35,849 bases of DNA from a virus (Duplodnaviria; Caudoviricetes), in the IMG/VR virus record IMGVR_UViG_3300017766_002073, positions 1-35,849 of that record; one strand, written 5' to 3'. The stretch's first letter is position 1. Every line of letters begins with the position of its first letter. Positions 1-8,048 of the stretch are shown here, one piece after another. Made by a program: the position numbers and the translations under genes. The notes beneath the pieces were generated by a model. That model had not been told where the DNA came from and did no database searches. It saw nothing but the letters and a program-made list of their open reading frames with translations.

Positions 1-123
1 AATCCACCGACTTTAACCCTTGGCGTATCCGGTCTTTTGATTGGGACGTTGTTCCGGCTGGGTCTTACTGATGTACGTCCCACGCACACCCCCCGCTCAA
101 TGGGACCCTGCTTGGTTTGCCCA
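1..123. repeat. Terminal direct repeat (circular assembly overlap), left copy
   Basis: Identical to 35727-35849; the ORF ending at 35797 and the ORF starting at 71 read continuously across the junction. Confidence 0.97.
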
Positions 124-310
124 AGAGCAGCAGAACATCCGTAAAGAGCTGGAGGCTGCGGTAAATGGCGTGATCCTAAACACGCTGTATGCCGAACCAT
201 CCCGGGTTTACGAAGGGCTGACGGTAAAAGCAGATGGCACTACGTGGAATCCAGGATCTGGAGCCGGAACCTATCAATATCGTGGGGGCGCTTGGCGCTT
301 CTGGGGCTAA
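71..310 (+). CDS. Small virion/tail protein, 79 aa (position of the tail needle/head-completion gene)
   Basis: ATG at 71 overlaps the TGA of the tail hub gene (TGATG) across the circular junction; ADGTTWNPGSGAG motif; function from synteny only. Confidence 0.6.
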   Translation: MYVPRTPPAQWDPAWFAQEQQNIRKELEAAVNGVILNTLYAEPSRVYEGLTVKADGTTWNPGSGAGTYQYRGGAWRFWG

Positions 311-319
311 GGAGAAATT

Positions 320-1423
320 ATGGCAACGTGGACACCAGAGCAATACGCAGGAGCAGGCAACTGGATTGCTGAAAACATCGGCAACCCGCAACTGATCCAG
401 CAGGAAGCAGCTCGCTTGGGGTTGTCAAACTCTGACATTCTTCAGGCCGCGCGGACTCAAAATCCCAACATTCAAGCAAATCAGGTTTCACAGTTCCTGG
501 GAGGTGGTGCGGGACAAACATCAGCCGCCCCTGCGATGGCTGGGTACCAGCGCAGCCCGTATCTTGACCAGATGGCAAGCCGCATTACGCAGCAATCTGG
601 GCAGGCGCTAAACGAGCAAGCTTTACCTGGCATTCGGTCGCAATCTGTCGCTTCCGGTGGATACGGTGGGTCGCGCCAAGGTATCGCCGAAGGTCTAGCC
701 ATTGGACGTTCTAACGAGGCTCTGCAAGGCACTCTTGCGAACCTCTACAACACAGACTACCAAGCCGACCGGGGCCGCGCCCTCCAGCAATACGGAATGG
801 ACCAGCAATTCAACCTGGGCCAAGGCCAATTGGCAGCCCAAAATCGAGGCATTGACAACCAATACACGCTTGGCTTGGGCAATCTCGGTGTTGCCCAACA
901 AGGTGCGAACAATCAGCGCTACGGGATTGACCAACAATTCAATCTTGGCATGACAAACGCGGACAACAACCGCTATGGGACCGACAAGCAGTATGAAGTA
1001 GGCATGGCTGGTGCCAATGCGTCCATGGCCAATGCAGCAGCATCGCAAACGAACGCAGCCAACAACTACTCTTTAGGTCAGCAACAACTTGGGTTGACCG
1101 GCCTCTTCGGGACTCTTGACCGACAGTACCAGTACGGGCAAGGCGCACAGAACTCGGCAAACACCATGCAGAACACTCCTATGAACTACTGGCAACAGTT
1201 TGGGCAAGGAGCCAACGCGCTTGGGCAAAATGGAGGCTCCAGCATGACGACAGCAACCCAACCTACCAACCCGTACGCCACCGCTCTTGGCGGGGCTCAG
1301 TTGGCAAACGCTTGGTACAACCAATCGCCAGCACCCACGGCAAACTCTGCAGGCGGCGCAAATACCCAAGGGTTTGGCACTGGTTCAGGGTTTGGCAATC
1401 AAGACCTTGGCACGTATTTCTGA
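320..1423 (+). CDS. Gln/Gly/Asn-rich internal virion (DNA ejection) protein, 367 aa
   Basis: AAGGAG SD upstream; low-complexity Q/G/A/N composition with SGGYGGSRQGIAEG; lies after tail genes where podoviruses encode ejection proteins. Confidence 0.7.
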   Translation: MATWTPEQYAGAGNWIAENIGNPQLIQQEAARLGLSNSDILQAARTQNPNIQANQVSQFLGGGAGQTSAAPAMAGYQRSPYLDQMASRITQQSGQALNEQALPGIRSQSVASGGYGGSRQGIAEGLAIGRSNEALQGTLANLYNTDYQADRGRALQQYGMDQQFNLGQGQLAAQNRGIDNQYTLGLGNLGVAQQGANNQRYGIDQQFNLGMTNADNNRYGTDKQYEVGMAGANASMANAAASQTNAANNYSLGQQQLGLTGLFGTLDRQYQYGQGAQNSANTMQNTPMNYWQQFGQGANALGQNGGSSMTTATQPTNPYATALGGAQLANAWYNQSPAPTANSAGGANTQGFGTGSGFGNQDLGTYF

Positions 1424-1809
1424 TGCTCTACCATCCAAACGACATCCCAGACGAAGCCGTAGAGGCTTTGCGGCCTGCGTACGAGCATAGTTCTAAACTG
1501 TCGGGCTCTCCGGAACAATGGGTGCAAAGATGCAGGGATGACACTGCGCAGTTGTGGCGCAGTGCAGACGAAAAATATTGGGCGGTGTCGGAGATTTTTG
1601 AGGAATCCGCCTACGGGAAGATTTGCCACATGATCGCCTCGTCTGCCCCCGATGGTGGATATGACGACACCTTGCGCGAAGAGGTTGAGCAGTTCGCCAA
1701 GTCGCAAGGATGTCAATCAGTTTTGACGGGTGGCCGCAGAGGATGGGAGCGCCGCTTCTCGTCCAAGGGTTACAAGACCGTATCGGTCACGCTAGTTAAG
1801 GAGCTTTGA
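1423..1809 (+). CDS. GNAT-like virion assembly protein (P22 gp14-like position), 128 aa
   Basis: TGATG overlap gives start 1423; C-terminal FAKSQGC..GRRGWERR..GYK pattern typical of phage acetyltransferase-fold proteins found among ejection genes. Confidence 0.6.
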   Translation: MLYHPNDIPDEAVEALRPAYEHSSKLSGSPEQWVQRCRDDTAQLWRSADEKYWAVSEIFEESAYGKICHMIASSAPDGGYDDTLREEVEQFAKSQGCQSVLTGGRRGWERRFSSKGYKTVSVTLVKEL

Positions 1810-1810
1810 C

Positions 1811-2623
1811 ATGCCAATCGCAGCGCCAATTATTGGGGCCGTAGCCTCGTCTGTAGTAGGAAAAGCCATGGGCGGCGGAAGCGATTCCGGTGGTTCACAA
1901 GCCACTGATCGCGCCCCGTGGGAGCCTGCGCAGCCGTTTTTGAAAGACCTGATCAAGGACGGTCAAAGTCTTTACGCAAAATACCAGCAGAACCCGTTTT
2001 CTGATACGCAAAAGACAGCGTACCAAAACCAGTTCACGATGAATGACACTTTTAACAACCAGATCATGCCTGGCTTGTTGAAGGGGTTCCAGGGCCTGCT
2101 GGGGCCTGGGTTTGGTGACATATCAAGCCAACTGTCCGGTGGTTTGAGCGCGCGCAATCAAGGGCTTTTGAGCTCTGCTTCTACTCCCCAATACTCACAA
2201 GACCAACTGCAGGGCGCTGGGCAGTTCATCCAAGCGAACTTGGACAATCCCGCGTTGATCAAGCAGAAAGCCAATGAGTACAACCTGTCTAACGCGGATC
2301 TGCTGCGCGCGTCTCAAACGGTGGCCCCCAATGCAACCATGGCCGGGGTCAATGAGTACATGGGGCGACAAGACCCTCAATACGCAAAGCCGTCCTTTGG
2401 GCTGCTGGACTTCAGCCAATACAGCCGCATGCCCACGGCACAAGCCACAGCGCTGGCAAACGAAACTCCTGCTCAGCGTGCCGCGCGCGAAGAACAAGAA
2501 TACCTGTTGTGGCTTGCAAGGCAAGCCGCTGGCGGCGGTAGTGGTGGTGGGGTAGGAAACAGCGCTACCGGCGGCGGCAGCCCTGGCGATGCCGATGGTG
2601 TCGGCGACTCAACAGGGGAATAA
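1811..2623 (+). CDS. DNA ejection/pilot protein, 270 aa
   Basis: AAGGAG SD; hydrophobic Gly/Ala N-terminus (IAAPIIGAVASSVVG) followed by APWEPAQPFL; typical of gp7-like pilot proteins. Confidence 0.7.
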   Translation: MPIAAPIIGAVASSVVGKAMGGGSDSGGSQATDRAPWEPAQPFLKDLIKDGQSLYAKYQQNPFSDTQKTAYQNQFTMNDTFNNQIMPGLLKGFQGLLGPGFGDISSQLSGGLSARNQGLLSSASTPQYSQDQLQGAGQFIQANLDNPALIKQKANEYNLSNADLLRASQTVAPNATMAGVNEYMGRQDPQYAKPSFGLLDFSQYSRMPTAQATALANETPAQRAAREEQEYLLWLARQAAGGGSGGGVGNSATGGGSPGDADGVGDSTGE

Positions 2624-2625
2624 TC

Positions 2626-3984
2626 ATGGCAGGTCTTTTGGACATGAGTTTTTTCAGCACGCCAGAAGCGCAAGCGGGCTTGGGCCTTCTTGCTGCTGGT
2701 GGCGGGAACATGGGCAACGCTATCAAGGGCATGCTTGAGCAACAGCAAGCAGCGGAAGAACGCAGGCTTCGCCGCGAGCAGCAGATGCTGCAACAAAAGT
2801 ACGTGCAATCGCAGATCTCCGAAAACGAGATGCAAGCGCTTGCGCGCCGTTCGCAGATTGAGGCGGCGCAACGCAAACAGGCCGCACTCCCGGCTCTTTA
2901 TGGAAGCATGCCGGGCGCCCTGCCGCAGCAAGAAGGCGGCCAAATGCAAGGCCAGCAGCAGGCCCAAGGCAGGCCACAACTAGACTGGCAAGCCGCTCTG
3001 CGCGCCGGGTACTCGCCCGATGAGATTCAGAAACTTGCCAGCCTGACAAACCTTGGCCGCGAGGAAGTCGCGCGAACCATGAAGGGAATCGGCCCAGGCG
3101 GTCGCGAGTATGAATACCAGGTGGACAAGTACGGCAACCGCGTAGGCGAAGGCATGGCCCAGTTTCGCGCGCCCATCATGCAGGACTTGGGAAACAAGGT
3201 GGTTGCACTGGACCCTTATACGCTGCAACAGCAACAAGCGCTTGGCAAGACGATGACGCCAGACGCCGCAGCGAACTACGGCCTATCTGCGCAACGCCTC
3301 GCCATGGACCGTGATAAGGCGGCGTTTGAGCGGGAGCAGGGCGGGAAGCCTGCATTCAATGCCGACGCCGCTGGGTTCATTGTCCCGCCATCGGAGAAGA
3401 ACCCAGCGGGGACCATCATTCCTCTGCCCGGGTTTCAAAAGCCGCTGAATGACGTGCAGTCCAAGTCTTTGCTGTTCGGCTCGCGCATGAACGAGTCGGA
3501 CAAAATCATCAACGATCTGGCCAAAAGCGGCAAAGACTTTTCCACGCCTGGGGCTGCGGCACCGTATGGAATCGGGAGTGCTATCAACCTGGTGAACCCT
3601 GAGCAAGCGCAGATGCTTGACCAGGCCAAGCGCGATTTCTTGAACGCCACGCTGCGCCGGGAGTCTGGGGCTGTGATTGCCAAGGAAGAGTTCAGTAACG
3701 CTGACAAGCAATACTTCCCGCAAATCGGCGACAGCCAAAAGACGATTGAACAGAAGGCGCGTAACCGTGCCTTGGCGATTCAGGGCGTCATGGCGGAAGT
3801 TCCGAAGGGCATTGCTCCACTGACAGGAGTCCGCCCAATAGAAACACAACAACCGCCAAGCAACCGCCCAATACCGCCCCAAGCCGCCATCAATGATTTA
3901 AAGATGCGCGGGCCAAAAGCCAAAGCGCAGTTTGACGCTATCTTTGGTGAAGGTGCAGCAGATCGAGCACTAGGAGGCCGCTAA
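2626..3984 (+). CDS. DNA ejection protein, 452 aa
   Basis: Starts MAGLLD, Q/A-rich coiled-coil; synteny with the ejection module. Confidence 0.65.
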   Translation: MAGLLDMSFFSTPEAQAGLGLLAAGGGNMGNAIKGMLEQQQAAEERRLRREQQMLQQKYVQSQISENEMQALARRSQIEAAQRKQAALPALYGSMPGALPQQEGGQMQGQQQAQGRPQLDWQAALRAGYSPDEIQKLASLTNLGREEVARTMKGIGPGGREYEYQVDKYGNRVGEGMAQFRAPIMQDLGNKVVALDPYTLQQQQALGKTMTPDAAANYGLSAQRLAMDRDKAAFEREQGGKPAFNADAAGFIVPPSEKNPAGTIIPLPGFQKPLNDVQSKSLLFGSRMNESDKIINDLAKSGKDFSTPGAAAPYGIGSAINLVNPEQAQMLDQAKRDFLNATLRRESGAVIAKEEFSNADKQYFPQIGDSQKTIEQKARNRALAIQGVMAEVPKGIAPLTGVRPIETQQPPSNRPIPPQAAINDLKMRGPKAKAQFDAIFGEGAADRALGGR

Positions 3985-5546
3985 TGGCTGATGAAAACCC
4001 GTTTGCCAAGTACGTCCAGGACGACAGTAATCCGTTTGCGAAGTACGCGCAGCCCGCCCAGATTGAACGGAGCTACAGCCCAACGGAAGGCATGAGCACT
4101 TTCGACAAGGTGGCCTCTGGTACAGGAAAAGCGGTTGTCGACACTTTGCGCGGCGCTGGTCAATGGCTTGGCCTGGCATCCAGGGAGGATGTTGCAGACG
4201 CCCGTCAACGTGACAGGGCCCTGATGGATACCACCGCAGGGAAGGTCGGGAGTTTTGCTGGCAATCTCGCCATGCTTGCTCCTGCCTCGATGATCCCCGG
4301 CGCGGCTACCGTGCCCGTTGCCGCCATCATTGGCGGGCTTTACGGTGCCGCTCAACCATCGGTGAGCACTGGCGAAACCGCGATGAACATGGCCCTCGGC
4401 ACTGCTGGCGGTGCAGGGGGGCAGCTTGCCGCGAACAAGATTGGCGGGGCCGTCACTGGGATGTTGGACAAGCGAGCCGCTGCATTTGCAGGGCAACAAG
4501 CCGCCGATGCACAGAAGATGGCCGCTGCACGGGCTGGGGCGGATCTTGGCTATGTCATCCCCCCCGCAGACCTGAGCCCCAAGCCTGGCATGTTGACCGA
4601 AGCGCTATCGGGTATGTCCGGCAAGATCAAGACCGCCCAAGAGGCCAGCGCCCGCAATCAAGGGGTGACGGACAGTCTCGCCCGCAAGGCTCTTGGCATG
4701 CAGCAAGGCGACGAACTGACGAACGACGTTTTGCAAACCATCCGCAACCAGGCATCGCAAGCGTACGCCCCTGTCAAAGCGGGAGGAATGGTCACGGCGG
4801 ACAAGCAATTCGGCGCAGCACTGGACAACATCGCCAGCACCTACAAAAGCGCAGGAGGTGCGTTCCCTGGCCTGACCAAGGATGAAATTGGCGGTTTGGT
4901 GCAATCGCTCAAACAACCTCAGTTTGAATCTGCCGCCGCCGTCGATGCCGTTAAAGTTCTGCGCGAACAAGCCGACAAGGCATTCCGGTCAGGGGATACA
5001 GGATTGGGCAAAGCTACGAAGCAAGCCGCCAACGCTTTGGAAGACCAGTTGGATAGGCACTTGGCTGCATCTGGTCAGACGGATGCCCTGGAAGCACTAC
5101 GCGCGGCCCGCAAGGTCATTGCCAAGACCTACACGGTACAGAAGGCTTTGAACGAGCAAACCGGGAACGTTTCCGCTCCGATCTTGGCGCGCGAGCTGTC
5201 CAAGGGTAAGCCCCTGTCTGACGAGCTGAAAACCATCGCCCAAATGGGCCAAGCCTTCCCCAAGGCTACCCAAGCACTGAAGGAAGCGCCAAAAGCCACA
5301 AGTCCGCTTGACTGGGTGGCCGGTGTTGGGGCTTCCGCTGGAACAAGCAACCCTTTGCCTATGCTTATGGTGGGGGCTCGCCCTGCTGCCCGAAGTCTAT
5401 TGCTGTCCGGCCCAATGCAACGCTCTGCGCTTCAGCCGCAGATGTACTCCCCTGGGATGATCGGCTTGCTCGGGACAGAGCCCGTGCGACAGCTAGGCGG
5501 CTCGCTGGGGGCTGGCGGTCTTCTTTCGGCCTATCGGGGTGAGTAG
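3984..5546 (+). CDS. Large DNA ejection protein, 520 aa
   Basis: AGGAGG SD and TAATG overlap; duplicated N-terminal NPFAKY; Ala/Gly-rich hydrophobic segments; last gene of the ejection module. Confidence 0.65.
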   Translation: MADENPFAKYVQDDSNPFAKYAQPAQIERSYSPTEGMSTFDKVASGTGKAVVDTLRGAGQWLGLASREDVADARQRDRALMDTTAGKVGSFAGNLAMLAPASMIPGAATVPVAAIIGGLYGAAQPSVSTGETAMNMALGTAGGAGGQLAANKIGGAVTGMLDKRAAAFAGQQAADAQKMAAARAGADLGYVIPPADLSPKPGMLTEALSGMSGKIKTAQEASARNQGVTDSLARKALGMQQGDELTNDVLQTIRNQASQAYAPVKAGGMVTADKQFGAALDNIASTYKSAGGAFPGLTKDEIGGLVQSLKQPQFESAAAVDAVKVLREQADKAFRSGDTGLGKATKQAANALEDQLDRHLAASGQTDALEALRAARKVIAKTYTVQKALNEQTGNVSAPILARELSKGKPLSDELKTIAQMGQAFPKATQALKEAPKATSPLDWVAGVGASAGTSNPLPMLMVGARPAARSLLLSGPMQRSALQPQMYSPGMIGLLGTEPVRQLGGSLGAGGLLSAYRGE

Positions 5547-5666
5547 GATGGATTTCAGCCGGCCATTGGGCAGCTTTTGGCAAGCAATGCGAATCGGTAA
5601 ACAAATCAGCCCAAACAATATCAAAGCTGCCAACGGTCGAAAGATCAACGCAAGAATCCAAGTCAT
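5493..5666 (-). CDS. Small antisense membrane protein, 57 aa (not in ORF track)
   Basis: Hand translation MTWILALIFRPLAALILFGLICLPIRIACQKLPNGRLKSILLTPIGRKKTASPQRAA; AGGGGT SD before ATG; hydrophobic N-half, basic tail. Confidence 0.7.
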   Translation of the reverse strand: MTWILALIFRPLAALILFGLICLPIRIACQKLPNGRLKSILLTPIGRKKTASPQRAA

Positions 5667-5693
5667 GTCTACCCCTAAAAGTGGCTCCTGATT

Positions 5694-6095
5694 ATGCAGC
5701 GCGACCGTTTTTGGCTGTGCCGCCTCTATTTATGCAGCTCGGTTTTATTGACGGTGGTGATTGGGTTGGCAGATCCTGGGAGCCAGCACCACATAAACGG
5801 GCTAAACACAGAGTCTATCAACGGGCAAGTGTCTGTTTTGTGGTTAGGCGTTGTCGCCATTTTGACAGCAATTGATACAATTGCAACCGATCTACTAGGG
5901 GTTAGAACATGCACATTCCGCAACCTGCGCCGATACCGCTTTTTGCTCCTCATGGTTCTAGCGGTAGGTCTAACGGCCATGATCTTTCAGACCGCCCAAT
6001 GGGGCTCTATCGAGTCGGTCGCCTGGAGGTACGGTCTAGATGCTATGTTCGCCCTCGGCCTAGTGGGCCTAGACCTCTGGACGCGGCGGCGATGA
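5694..6095 (+). CDS. Multi-pass membrane protein of the lysis cassette, 133 aa
   Basis: About four hydrophobic segments; ATGA-coupled to the next gene. Confidence 0.65.
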   Translation: MQRDRFWLCRLYLCSSVLLTVVIGLADPGSQHHINGLNTESINGQVSVLWLGVVAILTAIDTIATDLLGVRTCTFRNLRRYRFLLLMVLAVGLTAMIFQTAQWGSIESVAWRYGLDAMFALGLVGLDLWTRRR

Positions 6096-6490
6096 GAATG
6101 TTCGCCCTGGTCCGCGCATTCGTCCTTTTGATGTGGCCGGTGTCGCTGTTTGCCGCGCCTGCCCTCTCCCAGTCATTGGAAGGCGTGCCAGGCGCTCAAT
6201 GGTTCCTCGCTTCCTTCCTCTCGACCCTTGGAGGAGTGACCGCGTTCTTCTTCCAACTCAACGCGAAGTTTGACGACCCCAATTACAAGCCCATCACCAA
6301 AGCACGTTTGTGGGTGATGCTTGGGTCTCAGATGTTCTGCTCTTGGCTAGCTGGAGCGGTGTTCTTCCTCCTTGGGCTGCATTGGTCATTGCCCTTTTTC
6401 CTGCTTGGGGCAACGGTAGCAGTCTCCAGTTTCATGGGCGCTAAGGCTCTCGACATCGTAGCTAGCAGGATGTTCAAGAATGAGCGTTAA
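6092..6490 (+). CDS. Putative holin, 132 aa
   Basis: ATG at 6092 overlaps the upstream TGA; several TM segments ending VSSFMGAKALD plus a charged C-terminus; upstream of the endolysin; Met-Arg-Met start. Confidence 0.65.
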   Translation: MRMFALVRAFVLLMWPVSLFAAPALSQSLEGVPGAQWFLASFLSTLGGVTAFFFQLNAKFDDPNYKPITKARLWVMLGSQMFCSWLAGAVFFLLGLHWSLPFFLLGATVAVSSFMGAKALDIVASRMFKNER

Positions 6491-6815
6491 ACCGCTTTTG
6501 CTGCTGGCCCTGTGCCTATCCCTATCCCTCGTTTTGTTTTTGCACTACAGGGCCGGGAAAAGGCGCCTAGTTCTAGGTTCCTTGATCTTCTGCTTTGTCT
6601 GGTTGGGTTTATCCCCGCTGCTGTACAAACTCATGCCGGGGATCTTCCCTCGCGTCACCATCGGCTGGCCGCTGCTGTGCATGCTTACAGGGCTGGTGTG
6701 GTATTTCACCCCTGCGATTGGCAGACCTGTCACCATGGTGGATGACGATGATTTTGATTCGTCTGTTCCTACTGGTCCCGCTCCACTGGAGCCCAAACAA
6801 CCTACGGTGCATTGA
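6480..6815 (+). CDS. Membrane protein (3 TM, acidic tail), holin/antiholin candidate, 111 aa
   Basis: Three hydrophobic stretches and a DDDDFD tail; stop overlaps the endolysin start. Confidence 0.6.
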   Translation: MSVKPLLLLALCLSLSLVLFLHYRAGKRRLVLGSLIFCFVWLGLSPLLYKLMPGIFPRVTIGWPLLCMLTGLVWYFTPAIGRPVTMVDDDDFDSSVPTGPAPLEPKQPTVH

Positions 6816-7285
6816 TGAACTTCGATGAAGCATTTGAGATCCTGATCGGCCACGAAGGCGGCTACGTTCACAACCCGGCAGATACTGGGGGCGAAACCCG
6901 CTACGGCATTTCCAAGCGCGGCTATCCCGAATTGGACATCAAGGGCCTGACGCTGAATCAGGCCAAGTTCATCTACCGACGCGACTACTGGGACAAGGCC
7001 GGGTGCCCCGATCTGCCCCCCGCTCTGGCTTTTGACGTGTTCGACGGCGCGGTAAACAGTGGCGTCAATCGGTCCATCAAGTGGCTTCAGGAGGCCGCAG
7101 GCGTCACGGCTGATGGAGTGGTAGGCCCACGTACCATGCAAGCGGTGAAGGCCCTCCACCCGGCCACGATCCAAGCTCGATACAACGGCATCCGCCTGGA
7201 GTTCATGACCGACCTTGCCACTTGGAAAACCTTCGGTAAAGGCTGGGCACGGCGCATCGCTCAGAACCTGCAGAAAGCCCCATGA
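6815..7285 (+). CDS. Endolysin, glycoside hydrolase family 108 with C-terminal peptidoglycan-binding region
   Basis: HEGGYVHNPADTGGETRYGIS catalytic motif, FDGAVNSG, DGVVGPRT, FGKGWARR. Confidence 0.93.
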   Translation: MNFDEAFEILIGHEGGYVHNPADTGGETRYGISKRGYPELDIKGLTLNQAKFIYRRDYWDKAGCPDLPPALAFDVFDGAVNSGVNRSIKWLQEAAGVTADGVVGPRTMQAVKALHPATIQARYNGIRLEFMTDLATWKTFGKGWARRIAQNLQKAP

Positions 7286-7698
7286 GCCCCCTAGACTTCA
7301 CCGTTACCTTCTTGGGAGAGCCCGGTATCTCCCCCCGTGGCCGTGGTGATGAATGGGTGATGCTTACTGACTGGTACATCCAAGCTGAATCCCTAGAAGG
7401 TGAACTGCTCACCCTCAAAGTGCCCGCAGGTTTCACGACCGATCTAGCCAGCGTACCGAGAATCCCCGGCGCATACCTCCTGTTCGGCAACAAGGCCCGC
7501 AGAGCCGCCATCCTTCATGATTGGCTGTACTCCGAGCACTTTCCCCGCGAGTGGGCTGATTCGGTGTTCTATCGAGCCATGGCGAACGAGGTGAACAAGG
7601 CTTCGGCCTGGGCCATGTGGCTAGCGGTGCGAGTAGGCGGGGCCTCGTACTATGCTGAGAAGAATCCTTCCCCTGACGCAAATCGAGAGGCCCCCTGA
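7282..7698 (+). CDS. DUF1353-family protein, 138 aa
   Basis: VPAGFTTDLASVPR...AAILHDWLY...ADSVF...AVRVGG signature. Confidence 0.88.
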   Translation: MSPLDFTVTFLGEPGISPRGRGDEWVMLTDWYIQAESLEGELLTLKVPAGFTTDLASVPRIPGAYLLFGNKARRAAILHDWLYSEHFPREWADSVFYRAMANEVNKASAWAMWLAVRVGGASYYAEKNPSPDANREAP

Positions 7699-7844
7699 TG
7701 AAACTCACCCTAGCCCTATTCCTCTGCCTGATTACTACAGGTTGTTCCACCTTCCGCATGGGCTCCATCTGTTTCCTTGAATACGGAATTGATGGATCTT
7801 GCGTCATCCAGAAGAAAGCCCCGGTAGAGCTCAGGCCTGAGTAG
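7698..7844 (+). CDS. Small lipoprotein, 48 aa, spanin-like candidate (not in ORF track)
   Basis: Hand translation MKLTLALFLCLITTGCSTFRMGSICFLEYGIDGSCVIQKKAPVELRPE; TGATG overlap; Lys, hydrophobic core, then G-C lipobox-like site at Cys16. Confidence 0.7.
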   Translation: MKLTLALFLCLITTGCSTFRMGSICFLEYGIDGSCVIQKKAPVELRPE

Positions 7845-8048
7845 CATCCCCCTTGTCCCCGGCCTGGGGGCTGAGCCCGTCCGGCTTGCCGTCGCCACAA
7901 TAGGGGCACCACCACGTTCCCAACCCAGGTTCTTCCGGGTCTTCCAAGTAGTTGGTGGGCCATTGCGGTCAAAGGCGTCGTACTCGTCACCCATGCCTGT
8001 AGCTGATGACACGGGCAGCGGCGGGTAGGTCAGGGGTGCATCAGCCAT
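7716..8048 (-). CDS. Hypothetical protein, last gene of the early-left arm, 110 aa
   Basis: ATG at 8048 with AAGGAG SD overlapping the upstream stop; the 3' part overlaps the lipoprotein gene on the other strand, so its extent is doubtful. Confidence 0.4.
   Translation of the reverse strand: MADAPLTYPPLPVSSATGMGDEYDAFDRNGPPTTWKTRKNLGWERGGAPIVATASRTGSAPRPGTRGMLLRPELYRGFLLDDARSINSVFKETDGAHAEGGTTCSNQAEE

Noticed and set aside
1-123. 123-bp terminal repeat as a biological DTR
   Set aside because: It falls mid-gene in the tail module, far from terS, and the terminase looks headful-type; an assembler overlap is more likely.
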